IMG/VR virus record: IMGVR_UViG_3300012942_000032
Location: 58,282-122,281 of that record
Origin: a virus
Taxonomy: Duplodnaviria; Heunggongvirae; Uroviricota; Caudoviricetes
Reading direction: 5' to 3' (one strand)
DNA length: 64,000 bases
Below the pieces are notes generated by a model. That model ran no database searches and was not told where the DNA came from. It was given only the letters and a program-made list of their open reading frames with translations. The translations under genes were made by a program, and so were the position numbers. Below, one piece after another: positions 26,999 to 34,400 of this stretch (positions are counted from its first letter, which is position 1; each line of letters opens with the position of its first letter).

Positions 26999-27026
26999 AG
27001 TATACGTCTGCGCTTTTGCAGGGCAA
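26999..27026 (-). promoter_or_regulatory. candidate sigma70 promoter (TTGCCC-16-TATACT) for the GC-rich gene
   Basis: Seen on the reverse complement about 80 nt upstream of the ATG at 26913. Confidence 0.4.
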
Positions 27027-27168
27027 GCGTTTTTTTGAACTTTTATAGGCGCGTTCAGCTTGCGTTTAGGAAAGCTTTTGCGTGCGCAGTTTGTAACGAA
27101 CGCGCACGCGCATAACACAAACGCGCTAGGGCTGTCAACGGTTCTCCAAAAAATAATTTTTGCAAGAC

Positions 27169-27197
27169 TTGACACGCCGTTTGCTTTATGCTATGCG
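27169..27197 (+). promoter_or_regulatory. candidate promoter TTGACA-17-TATGCG, preceded by GCAAGACTTGAC
   Basis: Exact -35; weak -10. Confidence 0.35.
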
Positions 27198-27246
27198 CTA
27201 GAAGCCGGGGCAAGGCACTAACACAAAACAGAGGGCAACGCAAGAC

Positions 27247-27275
27247 TTGACGGGAGGGATGCGGCATGCTATACT
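27247..27275 (+). promoter_or_regulatory. strong candidate promoter TTGACG-17-TATACT, preceded by GCAAGACTTGAC
   Basis: Near-consensus -35/-10 with a 17-nt spacer; second copy of the GCAAGACTTGAC box. Confidence 0.55.
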
Positions 27276-27344
27276 AGGCGACCCCCCTGATGGATGTAGA
27301 TCTTGGTCTGAAGCTACAATACCGCCTTAAGGGCCAAGCCATCT

Positions 27345-27530
27345 TTGACTCGCTTCCAATATCACTATGTTCATTCCCAGTATCACTTCTAGAAATATTG
27401 ACTCGCTCCCAATTTACTAGAAAACAGTTACCCGGATCAATACTGGTTTTGACTCGCTCCCAATTTCACTATGTTCATTCCCAATTTACTAGAAGGGGCT
27501 TCGCCTACTCGCAAACAGTTACCCGAGGCT
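27345..27530 (+). repeat. array of three about 50-bp direct repeats, each starting TTGACTCGCTYCC and containing 11-bp CCCAATTTCAC-type sub-repeats (iteron-like)
   Basis: TTGACTCGCT at 27345, 27398 and 27449. Five CCCA(A/G)T(A/T)T(C)AC boxes, some about 20 bp apart. AAACAGTTACCCG(G/A)(A/G) occurs twice. Confidence 0.6.
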
Positions 27531-27565
27531 TTTACAAAATCTGGTATAAAATTTCCAGAATGTAG

Positions 27566-27784
27566 CTACTCCCCAGCTAACCTGATATCAGTTCCCAGCG
27601 GTCCGTATCTACGATTGAGATAAATTTTCAGCTCTACTTTCTTCTCGTCCAAAATCTTAATCGCAGCTACAATATCCTCTGTAGACTTTCCCTTAGTAAA
27701 CTGATGCACACAATCATTAAGCAGATGTCTGAACTTTGATAGTTTCATAACATAATCGTTAGTGATAAGCAAATACAATAACAC
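27566..27784 (-). CDS. hypothetical protein (72 aa)
   Basis: ORF track. Confidence 0.45.
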   Translation of the reverse strand: MLLYLLITNDYVMKLSKFRHLLNDCVHQFTKGKSTEDIVAAIKILDEKKVELKIYLNRRYGPLGTDIRLAGE

Positions 27785-27816
27785 ATATATTATTCAGAGA
27801 TTTAAAATATCTTCTG

Positions 27817-28083
27817 TCATACTATTGTTATTCTCTTTTGAGCATTCTTGGGAAACAGGGCCGCGGACTCAAGTTCATCCATATCAATAAAGGTATCTGC
27901 CTGGACAGGTTTTCCATTGATATGAAGTGCCTGGTTCTTTATCCAACGAGCAAGCTCAGAGTTGGAGGCAACCTGCTTGGGATTTTCTTTTGACCAGAAT
28001 CCAGGGGATCGGAAATTATGAACAGTTCGGAGCCATTGAAGAGCTTTCATCTTGGGTGCCTCCCTGAGGAATAAACAGACCAT
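27817..28083 (-). CDS. hypothetical protein, possible S4-like RNA-binding fold (about 88 aa)
   Basis: ELARWIKNQALHINGKPVQ is a weak S4-domain resemblance. Confidence 0.35.
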   Translation of the reverse strand: MVCLFLREAPKMKALQWLRTVHNFRSPGFWSKENPKQVASNSELARWIKNQALHINGKPVQADTFIDMDELESAALFPKNAQKRITIV

Positions 28084-28243
28084 GGGCATATCTAAAACCT
28101 GCAATGAACGTGCTCAGATGTCTCTGATAATCGTTCCTCAGGTGCAGCTTAGAACCTTCAGAACATTCGAGTTCCTCGATACCAGCTGCACTTAAATTAT
28201 AAAACCTTTCAAAGGCTTCTACAAGTTTATCATAGGCTTCCAT
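28016..28243 (-). CDS. hypothetical protein (75 aa)
   Basis: ORF track. Confidence 0.4.
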   Translation of the reverse strand: MEAYDKLVEAFERFYNLSAAGIEELECSEGSKLHLRNDYQRHLSTFIAGFRYAHGLFIPQGGTQDESSSMAPNCS

Positions 28244-28256
28244 TGTATGAACTCTC

Positions 28257-28487
28257 TTAGATCTTTACAGGAAACTGATCTTGGTTAATTGTGATTGGTT
28301 TATGATTCGGCTCTTGAATCTTATGGAACAAGGTTGGTACAAATGGAGCAAAGATCTTTCCTTCTCTGATTACAATGATTGAGTAGTTCCAATCTTGACC
28401 ATCGAAGATTGCTCCAATATACAGACCATCGTTCTTAGGCTTTGTTGATGTCCAGAATTGCATGATGTTTACACCGTATAGAAACAA
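28257..28487 (-). CDS. hypothetical protein (76 aa)
   Basis: ORF track. Confidence 0.45.
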   Translation of the reverse strand: MFLYGVNIMQFWTSTKPKNDGLYIGAIFDGQDWNYSIIVIREGKIFAPFVPTLFHKIQEPNHKPITINQDQFPVKI

Positions 28488-28654
28488 TTTTCTAAGATAT
28501 AGTTGATCAGAGCATCTCTGGCATCCTGAGCCTCAGAAACATACTTGCCCCAAGACTTGTCTGAACAAAGTTGGTCGTGTCTGGCACTCTGCCTATCTTG
28601 GATCTTATACTCAAAAATCTGAATAAGATCTTCTAATGTAGTTTGACTAAGCAT
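28469..28654 (-). CDS. hypothetical protein (61 aa)
   Basis: ORF track. Confidence 0.4.
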   Translation of the reverse strand: MLSQTTLEDLIQIFEYKIQDRQSARHDQLCSDKSWGKYVSEAQDARDALINYILENCFYTV

Positions 28655-28952
28655 CTTTCCACCTGAGAATCTTGAAAATTGATTTGATCTTTTGAAAGAA
28701 TCCGTTTACAGGAGTTCCATGATCTTTAGAAGAATGAATATCGTCCATCCAGGCATTTCGCGCTTTCAGCGCCCGCTCAATTCTTTCAACTGACCAAGTC
28801 TTGCAGTTTTCAGGAACATCATGATTGCTGTAGACTGTTTTCCAGACAGGGAAATCTCCATGATTCTCAACTTCTAAGAACTTATGGTCATCAAAAATGC
28901 TGAATTGCCTCAGACCATATTTTCCATCTGCAAACTTAACGATCTTAGCCAT
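28647..28952 (-). CDS. hypothetical protein (101 aa); paralog of 29221..29541
   Basis: Shared N-terminus MAKIVKFADGKYGLR / MKLVSFNNGFWGLR. Confidence 0.5.
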   Translation of the reverse strand: MAKIVKFADGKYGLRQFSIFDDHKFLEVENHGDFPVWKTVYSNHDVPENCKTWSVERIERALKARNAWMDDIHSSKDHGTPVNGFFQKIKSIFKILRWKDA

Positions 28953-29202
28953 TTTGGAAGGCCTTACGTGCTTTATCTGCTCTGGATAAAATCGGAGGAA
29001 CTTTGGTACGAATAGATTCGAAAAGTTCGATCAAACCCTTCTCATAAGGTTGCATATAAGACTTTCCCAGATGATCGTAGAATACTTTCAGGAAGCTTTC
29101 GTGTCCGTATCCAACAAGTGCATCTAGGGCTCGCAATTCCTGTTCGTTAAAAGTCATCGTTGCTGAGACTTCAACCTTAGGTTGCTGAGTAATCTGAGCC
29201 AT
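28945..29202 (-). CDS. hypothetical protein (85 aa)
   Basis: ORF track. Confidence 0.45.
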   Translation of the reverse strand: MAQITQQPKVEVSATMTFNEQELRALDALVGYGHESFLKVFYDHLGKSYMQPYEKGLIELFESIRTKVPPILSRADKARKAFQNG

Positions 29203-29220
29203 TTAGCTACAATCCCCTAG

Positions 29221-29541
29221 TTAAGCTGCTTTACCAACGAGTTTCGCCAGACGATTACGAATTTTCTCGCAGAACCCTGGCAGCACAACATCTTGAACTT
29301 TGCCGTATTTGTTCTTCTTACTATCTTCGATATTTTGCTTCGTTTCCTGATATCGCTCAACAGATCTACGAACTGTATCTTCAGGAAACTGGCAATCAGC
29401 AAAATGATAATCACTTCTGGCACGCCAATTAAGTGCACCACTCTTTAGATCTACAAGATCAAGATATTGATAGAGACCTGGAATACAAAGAACATTCCGA
29501 CGAAGTCCCCAGAAACCATTATTGAAGCTGACAAGTTTCAT
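29221..29541 (-). CDS. hypothetical protein (106 aa); paralog of 28647..28952
   Basis: See above. Confidence 0.5.
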   Translation of the reverse strand: MKLVSFNNGFWGLRRNVLCIPGLYQYLDLVDLKSGALNWRARSDYHFADCQFPEDTVRRSVERYQETKQNIEDSKKNKYGKVQDVVLPGFCEKIRNRLAKLVGKAA

Positions 29542-29593
29542 TCTATTTCCTAAAAGAAGGGAGTAGAGAAAACTCTACTCCCTTATGCCGATA

Positions 29594-29836
29594 TTAAAGA
29601 TCGTCCGAATACTCAAGAGTCTCAATTGCGCTCTCAAGAGAGGAACTTACTTCCTGCCAAGCACTTACATTCTCTTGATAGACTTCAATCTCAGCTTCTG
29701 CTTCTTCGATCTTGGTATCAAGCTCTTCCTTCTTGGCGCGCAGATCATCAAGCAGATCCTGGCGGAAAGACTTCGCAATCTTAATTAGACGTCCCATTAT
29801 TATCTCCTGTATTCCTGATATTTGTGACAATGACAA
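29594..29836 (-). CDS. hypothetical coiled-coil protein (80 aa)
   Basis: ORF track. Confidence 0.45.
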   Translation of the reverse strand: MSLSQISGIQEIIMGRLIKIAKSFRQDLLDDLRAKKEELDTKIEEAEAEIEVYQENVSAWQEVSSSLESAIETLEYSDDL

Positions 29837-30042
29837 AGAGGATCAAAAATTGTACCTGTATCTTCCCACCAAGCATCCCTGTTATTGTAACTCCTCATAT
29901 ATTGTTCCTGACATTGGTGGCATGTCAAACAATAACGTCGATATGGATTCCTTTGATCATATCTGAATACTTTACCTTTGAAAGCTACTAAGAATGAAAC
30001 AAGGATTGTAATTCCAATCAGAATCCATATCATGATTATCAC
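29800..30042 (-). CDS. hypothetical membrane/Cys-rich protein (80 aa)
   Basis: N-terminal hydrophobic segment; CLTCHQC...CHC. Confidence 0.45.
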   Translation of the reverse strand: MIIMIWILIGITILVSFLVAFKGKVFRYDQRNPYRRYCLTCHQCQEQYMRSYNNRDAWWEDTGTIFDPLCHCHKYQEYRR

Positions 30043-30881
30043 CAGCTGCTAGAATCCATGCTCGATCCAGTGTCGAAGCTTGACGAACTTCCGAAGTCAA
30101 AGCTACTGCTAGAAGATGAACTATCAGAACCCCAACTCGAATCAGAGCTAGAACTTGAGCTTCCAAAGTCGAATCCAGAAGAGCTACTCGAAGAACTGCT
30201 TCCGTAATCAAAGCTTGAATCTGAACTACTCTTAGAGTATCGTCCAGTTGCTGCACTAATTGCTTCGTCTGCTAGAGCGCCAACAACCATACCCTCTACA
30301 AAATGTGAAGAACTACTTGGTGCTGGGCTAGGAGCAGAATAATAAGGTTGAGGAACAGAAATAGGACGCTGGTAACCTGGGCGTGCTGCAACAAGTCCCG
30401 CTGGGCTGACCGAAGCTGTTGGAGCAGGTGAAGTAACCGTATAAGACTGTTCTTTCTTCTTCTTTCGCTTGAAGAAGTACACCGCAATTACCACAAGAGC
30501 AAGTAGACCAAATCCCACATAAAGACCAGGATGACCAGACTGAACATTCTGATGGTAGACTGGTTCTTGAACCAGTGCATGATGCTCAACGGGTGCAGCA
30601 GGAACTGGATTCACTGCCTGTGCATAATTCACTTTACTATACAATTCGTTATAGATCTGGAGATTTGCAGCATAGCTATGACTGGGATCAATGGTATCAG
30701 CATGTTGAAGAGCAGTCTTTGCTTCTCCAATATGACCGAGCTTACCTTCTACTTGTGCCAAGTAGTACCAACCCTTAGCAGAATTGGGATGCTCTTGAAG
30801 GCCCGCTTGCAAATCATGTTCTGCAGCTACCCAATTCTGTTGCTGAATTTCATTTGTGATTCGTTGCATCGAAACTGGCAT
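30039..30881 (-). CDS. TPR-like N-domain, single TM helix, Ser-rich low-complexity C-terminal protein (280 aa)
   Basis: KGWYYLAQVEGKLGHIGEAKTALQHADTIDPSHSYAANLQ is TPR-like. LYVGFGLLALVVIAVYFF is the TM helix, followed by KRKKKKE and then SSSSSS repeats. Confidence 0.55.
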   Translation of the reverse strand: MPVSMQRITNEIQQQNWVAAEHDLQAGLQEHPNSAKGWYYLAQVEGKLGHIGEAKTALQHADTIDPSHSYAANLQIYNELYSKVNYAQAVNPVPAAPVEHHALVQEPVYHQNVQSGHPGLYVGFGLLALVVIAVYFFKRKKKKEQSYTVTSPAPTASVSPAGLVAARPGYQRPISVPQPYYSAPSPAPSSSSHFVEGMVVGALADEAISAATGRYSKSSSDSSFDYGSSSSSSSSGFDFGSSSSSSDSSWGSDSSSSSSSFDFGSSSSFDTGSSMDSSSW

Positions 30882-30960
30882 AATGTATCCTTCAAAATTG
30901 TTTCTTATGGTTAAATTCTAGCACAGCCTAAGTGGTTTGTCTATATCAAACACAATAGCT

Positions 30961-31188
30961 TTATGGGCTTGGGTAGGCGTCCTCGCCTTTAAGACCGTGA
31001 GCTTCAGCATACCTGATTCTTGATTCTGCGGTGAGTGCAGCAAGAAGAGTTGATTCATCCACAAGCGATGTACTCCAGACAAAAACTCCTCCTCCAATCT
31101 CATCGGAAAAGTATTCTCTTCCACCTACTGAATCCTCTTTAACGAAAAGCGCGCAACCATTGGGAAGATTTGCGATATGTTTCATCAA
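30961..31188 (-). CDS. hypothetical protein (75 aa)
   Basis: ORF track. Confidence 0.45.
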   Translation of the reverse strand: MMKHIANLPNGCALFVKEDSVGGREYFSDEIGGGVFVWSTSLVDESTLLAALTAESRIRYAEAHGLKGEDAYPSP

Positions 31189-31406
31189 TATTTCTCCCTA
31201 AAATTCTTTATGAAAGAATCCGTTATTTCATCTTCATGCTCTTTGTAATAATCAGCAAGCTTACATGCAAGCTCATGATCATCAATGCCAAGAATGGATG
31301 CAATCTTAGATCTAATTTGGGATGCTGATGATCTTGCAATCATTTCTTCAGAAAGAGATCTGATCAAATCACAAGCATAGGTATAAGGATATCTGGTATC
31401 GGTCAT
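31185..31406 (-). CDS. hypothetical protein (73 aa)
   Basis: ORF track. Confidence 0.45.
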   Translation of the reverse strand: MTDTRYPYTYACDLIRSLSEEMIARSSASQIRSKIASILGIDDHELACKLADYYKEHEDEITDSFIKNFREKY

Positions 31407-31460
31407 AAATCACCTAAAAAGAAAGGGGATCGATGGATCCCCTTTCTGGGATGTTTCAGA

Positions 31461-32318
31461 TTACTTCTGTTCAGGAATCTGGTACATCATGTTCGTACCA
31501 CTGCCCAGTTGGGTCTGCGGCAGATGACCATCCCACTTCTCGATCCAGTTCAGCTCAACGACGCCCGGATTGTCGTGCATCGCCTTACCACGCATCGCAA
31601 TAGCCTGAGCTTCGGCGGTTGCGAGCTTGAGCTTCGCCTGGGCCTGACCATCTGCCACTGCAACTTCCTTCTGGGCTTCGGCTTGTGCCTGGGCGACTTC
31701 GTTCTCACGCTGCTGAGCCATCTGGGTGGCCTGGATCTTCGCATTGATCGAGTTCACGACGTTCTGCGGCAGTCGCAGATCTCCGATCCAGTAGACCTTC
31801 TCGATCACGATACCCTTCGAACCCATTTCGTGCTGGACTTCACCTTGTACCTTGGAGATCAGATCTGCCTTACCCTTACCGTAGACAGATTCGATGCCCA
31901 TCGTACTCGCTTCGGTTACCAGAGCATCACGAACCATGTTGCGTAGATAGACATGGGTGATCTCGTCGATGCCCTTCCGATAGGTCTGGAACAGCTTCGT
32001 GACTTTCGTCGGATCGATATGGTAAGTGATGCCCACGTCAGCGTTGACACTCAGACCCTCGACGGTCTGGAATGAAAGCGATTCGTCACCATCGTCACCC
32101 TTCTGCTGCCACGTGTAGGTCTGGGTGAAGGTCGGAAAAGTGTAGAGTTCCTGATTCCACGTCAACCAGTAACGTCCCGGAGGAAGTTCTTGTGTCTGTA
32201 CGCCTTTGTCGCCGCCATACAGATTGAACTTGACACCGACATTACCTGCAGGTACCTTGGAGCAGGCAGCCAGCATCATGATGCAAAGCAGACCTACTAC
32301 CTTCAGTAGATTCTTCAT
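31461..32318 (-). CDS. SPFH/Band-7 (prohibitin/HflKC-like) domain lipoprotein
   Basis: Lipoprotein signal MKNLLKVVGLLCIMMLAAC followed by an SPFH core and a C-terminal coiled coil (AQAQAEAQKEVAVADGQAQAKLKLATAEAQA). The start is taken at the internal ATG of track ORF 31461..32489. Confidence 0.65.
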   Translation of the reverse strand: MKNLLKVVGLLCIMMLAACSKVPAGNVGVKFNLYGGDKGVQTQELPPGRYWLTWNQELYTFPTFTQTYTWQQKGDDGDESLSFQTVEGLSVNADVGITYHIDPTKVTKLFQTYRKGIDEITHVYLRNMVRDALVTEASTMGIESVYGKGKADLISKVQGEVQHEMGSKGIVIEKVYWIGDLRLPQNVVNSINAKIQATQMAQQRENEVAQAQAEAQKEVAVADGQAQAKLKLATAEAQAIAMRGKAMHDNPGVVELNWIEKWDGHLPQTQLGSGTNMMYQIPEQK

Positions 32319-32515
32319 GGATTTTCCTTTTTGGTTGTGTGAAAACGGATGATTTTGTAGAACCAGTAGAACAACATCACGAACGACAATACACCAATTC
32401 CGAACGCAATCCAAGATGTCGTCGAAATCAGAGTAGGTGAAACGCTCATTACCAGGAGTGCATAGAGCACGATCCACAGAAAATTGCAATATGCTTGACG
32501 CTTGAAGAAGTTCAT
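32315..32515 (-). CDS. small two-TM membrane protein (66 aa) upstream of the SPFH gene
   Basis: Hydrophobic segments LWIVLYALLVMSV and IAFGIGVLSFVMLFYWF; overlaps the SPFH start. Confidence 0.5.
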   Translation of the reverse strand: MNFFKRQAYCNFLWIVLYALLVMSVSPTLISTTSWIAFGIGVLSFVMLFYWFYKIIRFHTTKKENP

Positions 32516-32524
32516 GATTTCCCC

Positions 32525-32809
32525 TTAGAAAGGAAGGTCAGTTCGTTTTGGGATCAATTTAGATCTTTGTTCGTAACTGACGATTTTATAGACCTTGCTT
32601 ATGTCAATACCGAAATGTTCAGCTATCTTAGGAGCTTTCCATCCTGCAAACTCTTTCAGAGCTCTTATCTGCAAAATTTGCACGTCGGAAAGTACCTTCT
32701 CCTTTTTAGGCTTTTTAAGTTTCGCAGAAGTCAATTCCTCTGCTCTAACCTTCAAGGCAACTTTTAGAAGTCCTTTGTTTAATTTGAGGCTTGCGTGTAT
32801 GTTCTGCAT
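32525..32809 (-). CDS. HTH-domain DNA-binding protein (94 aa)
   Basis: SDVQILQIRALKEFAGWKAPKIAEHFGIDISKVYKI has a helix-turn-helix character. Confidence 0.45.
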   Translation of the reverse strand: MQNIHASLKLNKGLLKVALKVRAEELTSAKLKKPKKEKVLSDVQILQIRALKEFAGWKAPKIAEHFGIDISKVYKIVSYEQRSKLIPKRTDLPF

Positions 32810-32870
32810 GTTGACTTAACCTGCTGTCGTGGCACAGTTTACAGGAAATCAACAATGTGTCAACAGGTTC

Positions 32871-33158
32871 TTATGATTGCTTACGTGTTTTCAAGATGTC
32901 GTCGATCAAGAAACCCAAAACAGATTGGGCACTGTTTCTTTCTGCAGAATCGAGAAGTGCAATTCCACCATGAACAGGATGAAACACGGTAATTCCGTTT
33001 TCCACTCTTGCCAACTGCCAGCCCATGTTCTTTAAATCTGTGTATGCGCTATGTGCAACTTCAGGAAATGTGACTGACTGCTCTTTCATAAACTTGACCT
33101 CATAATGTTTGTGCAGCTTCCGCCAAGTTAGTTTAATTGTTTGCAATAGGAGAATCAA
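32871..33158 (-). CDS. hypothetical protein (95 aa)
   Basis: ORF track. Confidence 0.45.
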   Translation of the reverse strand: MILLLQTIKLTWRKLHKHYEVKFMKEQSVTFPEVAHSAYTDLKNMGWQLARVENGITVFHPVHGGIALLDSAERNSAQSVLGFLIDDILKTRKQS

Positions 33159-33188
33159 GCACTTTCAATGGTAAATATAACATAATTC

Positions 33189-34400
33189 ATGGTGATTAAT
33201 ATGTTGACACAGACAAGAACTAAAATCTATACAGATCAGACTCCTGGAATTCCGTTAGTTAATTCTAATCCAGGAACTCTTGTTACAATGCTAGATGCCG
33301 TTCTAGTAAACGGTTTCAATTCTAAATCTATTGAAAATTTCGTTCTTTCAAGTGGTGTAGCAACTATCACTTCGACTTCTCATGGATATGTTTCTCTTCA
33401 AGCAGGTACGCCAGATCAATATTTTCCAGTAATTCAGATTGTAGGTCTAGACCCTGCTCTAGATGGTCAATACAGAATTCAGAGTATTCCTGACGCTAAT
33501 ACTATCACTATCAATGTTGATTCCCCTGATAAGACTTTGACAAGTACAGGATCATTTCAATTCGCACCAGCTGGATGGTCTATTGCCTACACAGATAATT
33601 CTCATAAAAGAGTATATCGTCAGATAAACGTTCAGGGTTCCAGATTCTATCTAAGAATCGACGATTCCAAATCTAGAGCTTTGATCACTGTCTATAAAAC
33701 CATGACGGACATAGACACCGGAACATGGCCTGTGCCTGCAACATCTCAATCTGCAGATAATCAACTAGAATGGGGTCATGTTGTATATTCATCTTCTGGT
33801 CCATCCAAATTCTTCAATATCTTTGCAGATGATTTGATTTTCTATTTGTTCATGGAAAATCCAAATGCAAACCAATTTGACACTAACAATTATGTTGCTA
33901 TGGTTTTCGGAGATATTATCACTCTCAATGAGAGTGATAATACCGCTTGTGTCATTTCTGGTGCAGTTACCAAAAACTACACTGGAGAGAACGTATGGAG
34001 ATATTATGGTTTTACTACCAATTCAACTACTGGAAATTATTTGGTAGATGATCCAAATGCTGCTGCATCTACTCCTTTAGCATCAATGGTTCTTTACAAT
34101 ACAGGAAGGCCCATCCTTCCTTTTCAAGATCCGTTCACACAAACCATTACATACACTTCGTTGTATCTCGGAGATACAACGAACAACTCAATTAGGGGCA
34201 TTGTACCTGGCATGTACGATCCTTGGTTTATTACTCCACATAATGGTAATAATTCAGGTTCGTTACCATCGCCAGTGACCAATAGATCAGTCATTCCTTT
34301 GGATGATCAAAATTATGGCATATTGACATATTCTGCAACGACAGATTCAGATAGAGCATTTGGTTCAGCTTTAGTTTTCTCAGGTAGTGATTGGCGATGA
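33189..34400 (+). CDS. virion structural protein (baseplate/tail-fibre module), 403 aa
   Basis: First gene of the plus-strand late operon; ATGA-coupled to the next gene. Confidence 0.6.
   Translation: MVINMLTQTRTKIYTDQTPGIPLVNSNPGTLVTMLDAVLVNGFNSKSIENFVLSSGVATITSTSHGYVSLQAGTPDQYFPVIQIVGLDPALDGQYRIQSIPDANTITINVDSPDKTLTSTGSFQFAPAGWSIAYTDNSHKRVYRQINVQGSRFYLRIDDSKSRALITVYKTMTDIDTGTWPVPATSQSADNQLEWGHVVYSSSGPSKFFNIFADDLIFYLFMENPNANQFDTNNYVAMVFGDIITLNESDNTACVISGAVTKNYTGENVWRYYGFTTNSTTGNYLVDDPNAAASTPLASMVLYNTGRPILPFQDPFTQTITYTSLYLGDTTNNSIRGIVPGMYDPWFITPHNGNNSGSLPSPVTNRSVIPLDDQNYGILTYSATTDSDRAFGSALVFSGSDWR

Noticed and set aside
27290-27565. 91-aa plus-strand ORF called by the track
   Set aside because: It is composed of the TTGACTCGCT/CCCAATTTCAC direct repeats, has no RBS and gives a low-complexity product. 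It was interpreted as a non-coding repeat array or ncRNA rather than a gene.
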